Below, in pieces: positions 52,401 to 62,903 of a stretch of DNA of 64,000 nt. The notes under the pieces were generated by a model. That model did no database searches. It was not told where the DNA came from and worked only from the letters and a program-made list of their open reading frames with translations. Source of the stretch: Lytechinus pictus. Taxonomy: Eukaryota. How positions within the stretch are numbered: position 1 is the first letter of the stretch; every line of letters begins with the position of its first letter. The stretch covers positions 26,042,001 through 26,106,000 of the forward strand of contig NC_087250.1 of the NCBI RefSeq assembly GCF_037042905.1, given 5' to 3'. Made by a program: the position numbers and the translations under genes.

Positions 52401-55400
52401 GGACAATATTTTTCGTCAGCAATACCCCCCCCCCCCTATTTAAAAAGATTACTTCTAACGGGTACTAGTGAGTTGTATAAAAGTTTATTATTAAACTCTC
52501 GTAGTAAGCGAAGCTCACCTATGCATATCAAATTTCTTTTAAACACAGAAACCAGTAAATATCAGTCTGCAATATATTTTCAAACCAGATAAAAAAAGTT
52601 TACTACTAATTGCCACCATATTGATATATGTTTAGATCTAGTACATTGAAATAAACTTAGCTTTGTGAAATCATGAAATCTTAGCTAAATACCAATAATT
52701 CTGATGATCACGAACACAAAAATGCATATGTGGGACAGTGTATTATTAATATTTTTGTTTAGATTGTTCTTTGGGCCTGATGTTTCCATCATAAAATGAT
52801 TAAAAGTGGCACATGACCGCCACGTAAAAAAAAAATGATATAATTAAAAGTACAAGCTTTGATATCAAGCTAATTAAAAATGAATTAACACCTAAATATT
52901 TATATGTTGGTAGCTAAATGGTATGTGTTAGAGGGAGTGACTTCCACAGCCGAGCCGTCATTGGAATATATGAAGATTGATGAAGAGAAGTATTTGACTT
53001 TGGGACAATGACTCTGTAGGGGTGGGCAGCTTGGAAAATACCCGACATTTTATGGAATTCCGTGCCTTTTATTTCTGGGCAATTACATTTATTCTTACAA
53101 TTAAACACTTCGGTAGTCATTTTATTGGATTCTGTTTGAAGTCATTTTGAGATCGTTACCACAATTTCCATTTATCTTTAACTGATGAAAACAAATATGA
53201 ATATCCCATTTGCAATGCGGAATATAAATGTATATATACATGTATACATATATACATATGTATTTGTATACATATATAATATCCTCTTTTAGAGTAGTGC
53301 ATTATGGGAAGTGACAATCGTATGTACTCTACCTAATATCTTGGCTACTCTGGCGTAGTTTCGCTCACTAATATTCGGCCATATTGCTTTCACGCCATCT
53401 TCTGCCGTGATAGCTGCTAGTGCATTTACTCCAGACGATAGCGTGCTGCAGAAAGGGATAAGATCGAAATATTAAATGATTCATCTATGATTCATCTTTC
53501 TTCAATATTTATTTTTTGTCTTCAAAATTCTGATTTTTGTTATTCCCTTGTTATCATCCTTCTACGGATAACGGGAGTAAAACAAGAACAATCTGAAATT
53601 AGACTATTCATTTTTGAAATATAGTTCCATTTTTTGTATACACAAGAAAATGTTTCAACTGGCGCAATTAATGGTCTCCGAAATAGCGCATTTTTTTTCG
53701 TGAGACGAAATGGTTGTCAGGTTGCTTCTCCCCTAACCCTCAATCACTAATTGCCCGAGGGTTACAGGACATGGTATTATGAATAACCGTCAAAGAATAC
53801 CGGTGCTATGAATTTCAAGAGTTTTTAATTTATCATTTCATTCATCTTTTTGCTTTTTCTTTTCCTTTTTTTCCTTTAACTTGTTTTCTTTTCCCTTTTT
53901 TACGTTGAATGTAAAGTGCAAAATATCCTTGTCCTTTTATATACTTGTCCATTTTTATGCAAATAAAGAGAATTGAATTGTGTATCAGTTAGCCTACCTC
54001 AGAGATGCACTGACAACTGATGCTAGAAATACACCAGGCAATCCGGGAATTTCGGCAAACATCTCCATCACAAAGAGAGGCATTATCTAAAAAAAAAATA
54101 TATATATATAACGAAATTCGATTCCGGAAAGTAGTTTATGGGGAAAATGAAATTTCAATATAAGAGGTGGCAATGAACCGAGATGCAGATCAGCTCTAAA
54201 TGATAGGAACTGAACTTAGACCTACGGATAAAGATGTAAACAAGTGTATCCAGCGGGCATTTTATGTAACGATTTTTGTAAGTGTTAAGGAGATCTTACA
54301 GCTTTTTCACCAAAGAGAACCTATCTACCCGATAGTTTATATTAAGCATTATATACCTGGTCACGTGACGAGACGACCTTCGATTTCCATGGGTCGCAGT
54401 TTACGTAGTAGGCGTACATAACCAATCCAGAGAAGATGCATAGGGAAAGTATTATCCCCTTTAAGAGGACCGCGAGGAACAAGGCCCTACAGACATGAAA
54501 AGAAAATTAAAATTATTTCGAAACAAGAAAACAGATGTTGTTTTGTATGTTAACTATTTACTGTTTTGAGCTTATGCCTGGAAATAATTTCAACAATTTG
54601 TTTTTCTATTCGGCATTTATATTGCATAAGATTTTAATATACTCATAAAGCCAAATATTTTAGTAAACAATACAATAATACATTGAGCAGTGATTTATTC
54701 TTTATTATGATTTTTATTTATTTGTTGCTGTCTTGTAATTTCATATCTTTTTTATTGATTTTTTATTTATCTATCTTTATATTTATTCATTCATCTATTT
54801 TGGTGGGGATTTAAAACATTTCTATGCACGGCGTTGGAAGAAAAAAAAAATGCGCTGGAAATACCACTACCTCACACTTACCGTGTTTACATGTGATCGG
54901 CTTTTGGTTCAGAACCGCGAGCCGATGCGAATCGGCTTTTGGGTTTATCTTGCACCGCGTTTACACGCTGCATCGGCTCGCGGTTCAGAATCGGCTCGCG
55001 TGTCAAAAACCTGAAATGATCCGCGCACCAACAGTATACGTCATAATAAAGACAACGCTGGATCCATGCGCTTACAAGTACGTCATAATGGTAAAGTAAA
55101 TGAAATGCGCTTGAATTGCCGAGGCAGAATCGGCTTTCTGTTTACACGTAGAAAAAAAGCCGAATATGCATCGGCTAGCGGTTCTGAACCTGCTACTTTG
55201 GTGGTGCAAAATTGCCGATTCTGCACCGAGAGCCGATGCAAGTTAATCGCGTTTACACGCAATGAAAAAGCCGATTCTGCATCGGCTCGCAGTTCTGAAC
55301 CGCGAGCCGATGTAGCGTGTAAATTGTTACCCATACGCCTTGTCTCACCTGCACAATGTTTGGAAGTTACTTACTGTATGGCCCTGGGCTTGGTTCCACA

Positions 55401-56522
55401 AGCAATAAGGCGTTGAACCTCTATTTGGTTTGGTCTTGCCTCGGTAATGGTACCTCCTATCAACATAGTCCACAGTGTATATAGGATCCTCGGATCGGGG
55501 TTCCCCCTAAACAACAGTTAAACGAAAATTTAGAACGGCAGCCTACAGTGCATATCCTATTTTTTAAGCACAATGTTGGCTAAATAAATTAAAACGATCG
55601 TTACAATCGCTTGTTCTGGGGAACAAAAGAGACGGTTGCAATTAGAATAATAGACATTTGAAGTTAACCCATCCCACTGCAACAATAATTGGATATATTT
55701 ATTTTTATTTATTTATTTTATTGAAATATATTTTTTCAGGAAAAACACAAGATCAGTATAAAAACACTGTTTTACATCAGATTCCTAAAGGGTTAAAAAG
55801 TTACATCAAAATTCAAAAGTCAAAACTGATATAAGAATACGACCAGCTGCATATAATAAGCTAAAAATATATGAATGACAATGGCAGTTCGTAATAACGC
55901 AATTTATTAATATGAATAGATGGTTAATTCAATACAACATATATATTTGTTGCTGAACACTATACATAAATGATTAATATTAAAAGAAATTCACTCAATA
56001 ATGAATAAACCAAAAATAATGGTTGACAATGATAATGATAGCTATTAGATGATGATAATAGTAATAATGATAATAATTATCAAAATAATATGTTTAATGG
56101 CAACAAATAATCATATCAAATTCATGAGAAAATATGTGATTAGATAAACCTATGGCAATAAATAATCGAATTTAAGGGTAAAAAAGGTGGTTGCTTGATT
56201 ATATCAATTAATAAATGAACGCAATTAATGGATGTACTTACAGAGATAAATGAATGCAAATGATTAAATAAGTCGATCATGTAATAACACAAATTAATAT
56301 GTTAATCATTTCAAATGGGGAGTTGGTAAATTTGGCCAAAAAAAATATTTACTCTAGAAACTGGATCCGATCGCCCTGTTCAGCAATTTGCCAAACTTTG
56401 TCGAGACCGCCGACCACCATGGTCCCTTTGATGATTAGGGCGACGACACCGACGATCATGATGATTCCTTGGAGGGTGTCTGTCCACACGACTGCCTTCA
56501 AACCACCCTGTACACATACAGA

Positions 56523-56605
<83 letters not shown>

Positions 56606-59600
56606 GAAAGAAATGGATGAAGAGAACAATGGTAGGCGTAGCTTAAATCAAGGTTCCCCGGAGCTATCTGCCCTTTTTTGGAAAAAAATTGGTAATGCCG
56701 AAAAAAATGTCTCTGCCGGGAATCAAACCCGGGCCCTGTTACACCCACACATGTAATAATCGCCCACAAATGTAATAACGCCCACAAATGTAATAACACT
56801 TTACCCATAAATGTAATAATTTCACCCACAAATGTAATAATGCACTTAACCCACAAATGTAATAATTTTTGATCGCCCACAAACATGACAAATGTAATAA
56901 TGACTTTACCCACATTTTGAAGGGATTTTTGGCGAATCCGTTTTAAACTAACATCCGATAGTAATGCATTCATATAGCACAAAAGTGCAAAGTCTTTTTT
57001 TCCAGACCCGGTTAATGCAAAGATTATAATATAAGTCCAAACTAAGATACGATAATGATATTCCAGTGGAATAAAAATAAGAATCGAGCTCAGTCTTTTC
57101 TCCAGACCCAATTAGAACTGGTGGAATAAATGTATTTGTTGTTGTTTTAACTTATACGGCGCGTATTGTGAATATATGCGCTAAGAGTAAATTGAGAATC
57201 AAGCGTAGTCTTTTCTCCAGACCCGGTTACTTAAAACTAAAAACTAAAACCCTTTACCCACAAATGTAATAATGCACTTTACCCACAAATGTAATAATTT
57301 TTGATCGCCCACAAATCTAATAATGACTTTACCCACAAATGTTATAAACTTGAAGGGATTTTTGGCGAATCTGTTCTAAAGTAAAACCCTATAGTAATGT
57401 GTTCATATAGCTCAAAGTCACAGTCTTTTTTCTCCAGACCCGGTTATGTAAAACATCGTAACAGTTTAGCGTAGTCTTTCCTCCAGACCCAAATATTTCA
57501 AATAACAAATAAAAAATAATAAACAATAATAAAAAAAAGACCCCACGATCTTATTCATTTTGAACAAAATGTAAAAAGAACAAAAACAGACCCTGCAATC
57601 TTTTCAACACTGAATAGCGTGTGTGTGTGTGTGTGTGTATTTGAGTTTTGTCAGACGTGTATCAATCAGATATGATTATTTACGTCTGGGACCGACCTTT
57701 AACGTCACCATCCGAAAGACGTGACCAGGATTCGAACATCTGCATCAATTTGTAACTTCCCCACGTAGCTTGGATAACAGGCGCACGCCGCAACGCCCAG
57801 CATCGAAATATGGTGTAGTCTTTGTTCCAGCCCCGGTTATTTCAAAATAGCAAATCATAAAGAACAATATCAACAAAGACCCCACAATCTCATTGATGTT
57901 GAATAACTTGAAAATATAGCGTAGACTTTCTTCAAGACCCAGTTTTTTTTAAATAACAAATCATAAAAAAGATATATAATAATAATAAAACAAAGGCCCC
58001 ACAATCTATTGATGTTGAATAACTGTTGTCGTTGTTGTTATCTTTGGTTTTGAGGCGCGTACCATTCAGATATGAATATTCACATGGAAATATAGCGTAG
58101 TCTTCCCTCCAGACCCACTTATTTCAAAATTACAAATAATTTTAAAGAGTCAACAAGTAACAAAGACCACCACTATCTTATTAATGTTAAATAACATGGA
58201 AATATAGCGTAGTCTTTCATCCAGACCCAGATCTTCAAATAACAAATGATGAATAATAATAATAAATAAATAATAAGAAGAAAAACAAACAAAAGAACCA
58301 CGATCCTATTTATGTTGAATAACATGGAAATATAGCGTAGTCCTTCATCCAGACCCAGTTATAAAAATCATTAAAAACACAACAACAACAACAAAACAAA
58401 GACCCTGCAATGTTATCAACATTGAATAACATGGAAATATGGTGTAATCTTTGCTCCAGACCCAGTTATTTCAAAATAGGAAATTATCAGAAACAATAAA
58501 AACAAAAAAAAAACAATATTTACAAAGACCCCCCAATATCATTGATGTAGAATAACGTTGTTGTTGTTGTTATTTTGGGTTTTAAGGCGTGTATCATTCA
58601 GATATGAATATTTACGCCTATGATTAATTTGTCGTTTGTGGTATGCGTTATCATAAGGTTTTTATAGTTTGGAAGATGCTGGGGTCTAAGTTTAAAGATT
58701 AAAGTTTCGCTCAAATTGTATTTTTAAGAGAACTGGGTGTGGGGTAAAGACAACACTCTTAACCCAAGCATTTTAACTGGGTTTAATTTTGAAGATTGGT
58801 CTTAGCTTTCATTTTTTGTTCCATATTTATTTATCTTTTAAAAAACCGGGTCTAGACGAAAGACTAAGCATAATACTCGTGTTATTCCACAGGAATAAGA
58901 ATTTGACAAAGTCTTATGTTTTTAAGATTGTTTGAATTATTTTTCAAATGACTGGCTCTGGAATAATGACAACGCTCTAAACATGTGCTTTTCTACATAG
59001 TCTCAATCTGGAGGATTGTTGGTTCTTAGATTCGTTGTTGGGGGTTGGGTTTTATTGTTTTATTTATTCTTGAAATAAATGTGTCAGGAGGAAAGTCTAC
59101 AATCGATCTTCATGTTATTCCACAGTAATTAGATTATTGGGTATTCGTTTTAGAATATTTGTAAAAACTATTTTATTTTTTTCAAATAATAACCAAGTCT
59201 GGATAAAGGATGTTTGCTTTACCCATGCATTATTACAATGTTTTGTAGGGGTCTTAGTATCATTGAAAAAAAAAACTGGGTGTGGGGTAAAGACATATTT
59301 TTTTACTGGGTGTAACTTTTGAAGATTGGTCTTAGATTTGAAGTTTTTTTAATTCATTTTGTAAATAACCGGGTCTGGAGGAAAGAGTACGTTTTAAAAC
59401 TCGTGTTATTCCACAAGAATTAGAATATGATAGGGTCTTACGTTAGAATATTTTTTTTCGTAAGTTTTTTTTTTATGATTAGGTCTGGAATAAAGACAAC
59501 GCTCTGAACCTCTTTTTAAAACAGGTTCTTAGGTTGAAAGATTGTTTGGTCTTAGATTTGGAATTTTTTAAGTATTACTATTAGCGTTAAAAAAAAATGG

Positions 59601-61299
59601 GTTTGGCTGAAAGACTATGCTATATGTCCATGTTATCCAGCATTAATACGATTATGGGGTCTTTGTTTTTTTTTTTTTTTGTATTGTTATTTATAATTTT
59701 GGAATAACAGGGTTTGGAGGAAAGACTAAGCTCGATTTTCATTTTTATTCCACTGGAATATCGTTATGGTATCTTAGTTTGGACTTATATTATAATTTTT
59801 GAAACAACCGGGTTTGGAAAAAAGACTTTAGACTTATATTATAATTTTTGAAACAACTGGGTCTGGAAAAAGGATTTTGCAGTTTTGTACTATATGAACG
59901 CAATACTATAGGGTTTTAGTTTTTAGTTTTAAGTAACCGGGTCTGGAGAAAAGACTACGCTTGATTTTCAATTTACTCTTAGCGCATATATACACAGTAC
60001 GCGCCGTATAAGTTAAAACAACAACAAAGACATTTATTCCACCAGTTTTAATTAACTGGGTCTGGAGACAAGACTAAGCTCGATTCTCATTTTTATTCCA
60101 CTGGAATATCATTATCGTATCTTACTTTAGACTTATATAATAATTTTTTAAACAACAGGGTCTGTAAAAAAGACTTTGGACTAATATTATAAGTTTTGAA
60201 TTAACCGGGTCTGGAAAAAAGACTTTTCACTTTTGTGCTATATGAACGCATTACTTTAGGATTTTAGTTTAGAACGGATTCGCCAAAAATCCCTTCAAAT
60301 TTATTAAATTTGTGGGTAAAGTCATTATTACATTTGTGGGTGAAATTATTACATTTATGGGTAAAGTGTTATTACATTTGTGGGCGTTATTACATTTGTG
60401 GGTAAAGTGTTATTACATTTGTGGGCGTTATTACATTTGTGGGTGCAACAGGCCCCCAGCTTTGAACGCCGGTGCCTTAACCACTAGACCACAGAGACGG
60501 GTTAGTGGCTAGGGCGACCCCGATCCGACTGATCGTCAGATAAACAGATTTTCGACACTAATACCAATTATAATTTCCTTTGTCGGATGTAGGTGGGTTT
60601 TGAACAATGACAAGCCGCCATTGTTATCTTCATCCATTCCTTTCACAAAATATTTAAAGGACAAGTCCACCCCAAGAAAAAGTTTGAATAAAAAGACAAA
60701 AATCCAACTAGCATAACACTGAAAATTTCATCAAATTCGGATGTAATATAAGAAAGTTATGACATTTTAAAGTTTCGCTTAATTTCACAAAACAGTTCTA
60801 TTCACATCCTGGCTGGTATGCAAATGAAGAAAATATGACGTCATCCACTCACTATTTCTTTTGTATTTCATTATACGAAATATGAAATATTCTAATTTTC
60901 TCTTCATTGTCAAGTGATGCAACGAATAATTCCTCCCTGAACATGTGGAATTAGATTGTTTAATACTATATGGTCCAGTCAAGTTGGTCCTTATTGTTAA
61001 ATGTATACAAAATAAAATATTGTACCATTCAAACAATAAAAAACAAAATAAATAGTGAGTGACGGACATCATCGATTGAGTCACCTAGTTGTACATATCA
61101 CTGTTTTGTGAAAAATAAGCAAAACTTTAAAATGTCATAATTTTCTTATTTTACATCCGATTTTGATGAAATTTTCTGCACTATGCTAGTTTGATTTTTC
61201 TTTATTTATTCAAGTCAGCATTTTCCTGGGGTGGACTTGACCTTTAAATAAAAGAGTTGCCAAAGCTGTTATACATGTCTAATTTTACACATTTATATA

Positions 61300-61344
<45 letters not shown>

Positions 61345-61972
61345 TGGGAATCATTCTTTAAAGCGTAATACCGATCTGTGTAATATAATAAATTTGGGGC
61401 GCCATAGTCTAGTTGCTACGATTTTCGTTTTTCAATCAGAGGGACGTGGGTTCGAATCCCAGCCATGGCGTGTTTTCCTTCAGCAAGAAATTCATCCACA
61501 CTGTGTTGCACTCAACCCAGGTGAGGTGAATTGGTACCCGGCAGGATTAATTCCTTTAATGCATGCTAGAGCTAAACCCGGGGTAATAAAAATAACAGAG
61601 ATTAAAATCCTATTTGATATAACATGTACCATGTGTTTGACCTTTACTTTTTCACACAACTTTCTCATTTCCCTCTTTTTCAAGAGCATTCAACACATCC
61701 TTTTCATGAGAAAAGTTCAGTTTTCATCATGATGATCATATTGATCTCAATAAACATGGTGATTGTATTCGTGAGCATGCAAATCTGAGGCAGATCACCT
61801 AATTCGTCCTCATGACGAATAAAAATTATAGTTAATATATATTTTTTTTTGCAACACTCCGCAAATTACTCTTATTTATTTGTGAAATACTCCTGGATGC
61901 TTACCACTGATGTATAAAATATACACACTATTCCAGTCGATAGCATACATGTCCACAGATCAAATCCAGTAA
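45006..61972 (-). CDS. Sodium-coupled monocarboxylate transporter-like (SLC5A8/SLC5A12/NIS subfamily), 12 exons, 5'-incomplete
   Basis: GT-AG, phase-consistent exons of 68, 155, 132, 130, 89, 113, 71, 87, 212, 101, 128 and 141 bp. Motifs GGLKAVVWTD, NCDPW, PGLPGVF, STLSSGVNALAA, LYHISFLYY. No internal stops. Confidence 0.93.
46011..46138 (-). CDS. SLC5A8-like exon
   Basis: GFQDPDLIDNRL...LFCCFPGSLKQRMRCGI; AG / GTATGA. Confidence 0.88.
46240..46710 (+). mobile_element. tRNA-derived SINE interrupted by a MITE
   Basis: TGGTCTAGTGG A box, GTTCGATT B box, same body as 32469. Insertion 46326-46497 (CAGGGGCCGC...GCGGCCCCTG) has a 5-bp TSD TTCAG. Confidence 0.8.
46773..46873 (-). CDS. SLC5A8-like exon
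   Basis: PAITNLYHISFLYYGLIGSIVCIITAMIVSYLTG; AG / GTAAAA. Confidence 0.92.
47188..47348. mobile_element. Tigger-like MITE
   Basis: TA|CAGTGACACCTGTC ... ACAAGTTTGACTG|TA. Confidence 0.55.
47448..47659 (-). CDS. SLC5A8-like exon
   Basis: GAVAGFVASFIVMVWIKVGSIIYP...LPLSVEGC...; AG / GTAAGT. Confidence 0.92.
48881..48967 (-). CDS. SLC5A8-like exon
   Basis: FTVSVVGVISGGFLGVFILAVFVHRCNSK; AG / GTTCGT. Confidence 0.88.
49182..49619. mobile_element. GC-rich hAT-like MITE
   Basis: CAGGGGCGGATCCAG ... CTAGATCCGCTTCTG termini; TSD degenerate. Confidence 0.55.
50802..50872 (-). CDS. SLC5A8-like exon
   Basis: ALVYGMLAIGFSFCIRFMQSGILQ; AG / GTTTGG. Confidence 0.88.
51306..52170 (-). mobile_element. 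CR1/L2-group (Daphne-like) LINE, 5'-truncated RT and C-terminus
   Basis: GNYFAGYLAYADDI (RT motif), SPTKKGLQTMIKICENFA, FKQYCCSFCGACLW, WRKALRKFWRINNMTH; stops and frameshifts present. Confidence 0.85.
53333..53445 (-). CDS. SLC5A8-like exon
   Basis: STLSSGVNALAAITAEDGVKAIWPNISER; AG / GTAGAG. Confidence 0.92.
53998..54086 (-). CDS. SLC5A8-like exon
   Basis: IMPLFVMEMFAEIPGLPGVFLASVVSASL; AG / GTAGGC. Confidence 0.92.
54357..54486 (-). CDS. SLC5A8-like exon
   Basis: ALFLAVLL...GLVMYAYYVNCDPWKSKVVSSRDQ; AG / GTATAT. Confidence 0.92.
54880..55325. mobile_element. Palindromic MITE in an SLC5 intron
   Basis: Repeated and inverted AGAACCGCGAGCCGATGC and GCGTTTACACG units. Confidence 0.6.
55375..55506 (-). 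CDS. SLC5A8-like exon
   Basis: GNPDPRILYTLWTMLIGGTITEARPNQIEVQRLIAC; AG / GTAAGT. Confidence 0.9.
56353..56507 (-). CDS. SLC5A8-like exon
   Basis: GGLKAVVWTDTLQGIIMIVG...GDRIQFL; AG / GTAAAT. Confidence 0.92.
56737..60450. mobile_element. Foldback-like non-autonomous DNA element (3.7 kb, TGT...ACA termini, Ginger-like)
   Basis: TGTTACACCC ... GGGTGCAACA with 5-bp TSD GGCCC. Subterminal CCCACAAATGTAATAA arrays are inverted at both ends. Internal TCCAGACCC units switch orientation near 58700. Confidence 0.85.
57619..57801 (-). mobile_element. 7SL-RNA-headed SINE, copy 2
   Basis: Minus strand GCTGGGCGTTGCGGCGTGCGCCTGTTATCCAAGCTACGTGGGGAAG...GTTCGAATCC...GTCTTTCGGATGGTGACGTTAAA...(CA)n; close match to copy 1. 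Confidence 0.8.
60654..61247. mobile_element. Kolobok-like MITE, same family as 8279 and 9991
   Basis: TTAA|AGGACAAGTCCACCCC ... GGGGTGGACTTGACCT|TTAA. Confidence 0.8.
61396..61600 (+). mobile_element. tRNA-derived SINE (SURF-like family)
   Basis: B box GGTTCGAATCCC and the same body as 32469. Confidence 0.75.
61905..61972 (-). CDS. SLC5A8-like exon (first one found in the window)
   Basis: (V)TGFDLWTCMLSTGIVCIFYTSV; AG / GTAAGC. Confidence 0.9.
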
Positions 61973-62817
61973 CTATGGCAACCAAATGAAAAAATAAAAT
62001 AAAAGGGAAATTAATGGAAATAACACGTTGGATTTTTTTTTTTTTGTGGGGGGGGGGGGTGGAGTCGTGATATGTGCAAACGCCGGGATATGTGCAAACA
62101 ACGGTATATGTGCAAAATTTTGCCGGGATTTGTACAAACAACGGAATTTGTGCAAACGCCACGCCGGTAAATGTGCAAATCTGTCAAAATTTATCAACGG
62201 CATCTGTGCAAACGTGACGACGGGATATGTGCAAATGAACAATTTTCACGGGAAAATTGCAAACCTCCGGAATATGTGCAAATCACTGCATTTATCCATA
62301 TAAAGGCTATTTCTCATGAAATGTTTCAGTCATAAAAAAAAATTGTTAAAAATGAGAAACATGCCTGCATAAGGGAGAAGCTACAATGACATCGGCAATG
62401 AAACGCTTTTCAGAAAGGCGGCGGGGGGGGGGGGCACCAACCTTAAATTGAAGACCCACTATCGTTTGGAATAACATGGATGTAGAGTGTAGTCTTTTAA
62501 TGCTCCAGACCCGGTCATTTAATCATTTGAAGATCCTTCTGAACTAAGATCCTGTACTAAAGCATGCATAAGGAGCATAGCCATTCAAAAATAATAAAAA
62601 AAACTGCAACACCTCACCGTCTACCAAATTAAGACCTTGTAGAAATGAATATAGAATGTAGTCTTTACCCTAGACCTTGTTGTGTCAATAACAAAAAAAA
62701 ATCAAATACAATACCTCACCGTCTAATTCCTATCGAATAAGTTGTTGTTGCTGTTGTTGTTTTAGCTTATACGGCGCGCGTCATTCATTAGTGAATATTT
62801 GCGCCAAAAAAACCACA

Positions 62818-62903
62818 TCCACCGAGCCGGATTCGAACCAGCGACATAAGGTTAATCATCAATCATCTACAGTCCTCCGCTCTACCAACTGAGCTATCGG
62901 TGG
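62818..62903 (-). tRNA. tRNA-Tyr(GTA), intron-containing variant (possibly pseudogene)
   Basis: CCACCGA TAGCTCAGTTGGTAGAGC GGAGGA CT GTA G [13-nt intron] AACCTT ATGTC GCTGGTTCGAATCCGGC TCGGTGG A, with a T7 terminator 5 nt downstream; A31-A39 mismatch. Confidence 0.75.

Larger units (their letters stand above)
56708..60498 (-). pseudogene. tRNA-like gene with anticodon TCA, split by a 3.7-kb insertion (halves 60498-60451 and 56736-56708)
   Basis: Reconstructed GTCTCTG TG GTCT AGTGGTTA AGGC A CCGGC GTTCAAA GCTGG GGGC CCGGG TTTGATT CCCGG CAGAGAC A, then T7. All four stems pair; T-loop C56 is changed to T. Confidence 0.7.
56602..61290 (-). mobile_element. (TA)n-associated element with 31-bp inverted repeats, tRNA(UCA)-like cargo and a tail; split by two later insertions
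   Basis: IRs at 56602-56632 and 60618-60648 (29/31 match). Tail at 61248-61290, beyond the Kolobok insertion. (TA)n on both flanks. Confidence 0.7.

Noticed and set aside
56745..56915. Regularly spaced CCCACAAATGTAATAA repeats as a CRISPR-like array
   Set aside because: Spacers are only a few bases and not unique, the array is mirrored at 60310-60445, and the context is eukaryotic; these are transposon subterminal repeats.
56299..57111. 243-aa and overlapping ORFs with YIYI runs
   Set aside because: Read-through of (TA)n and foldback subterminal repeats; only 56353-56507 is a real exon, in another frame.
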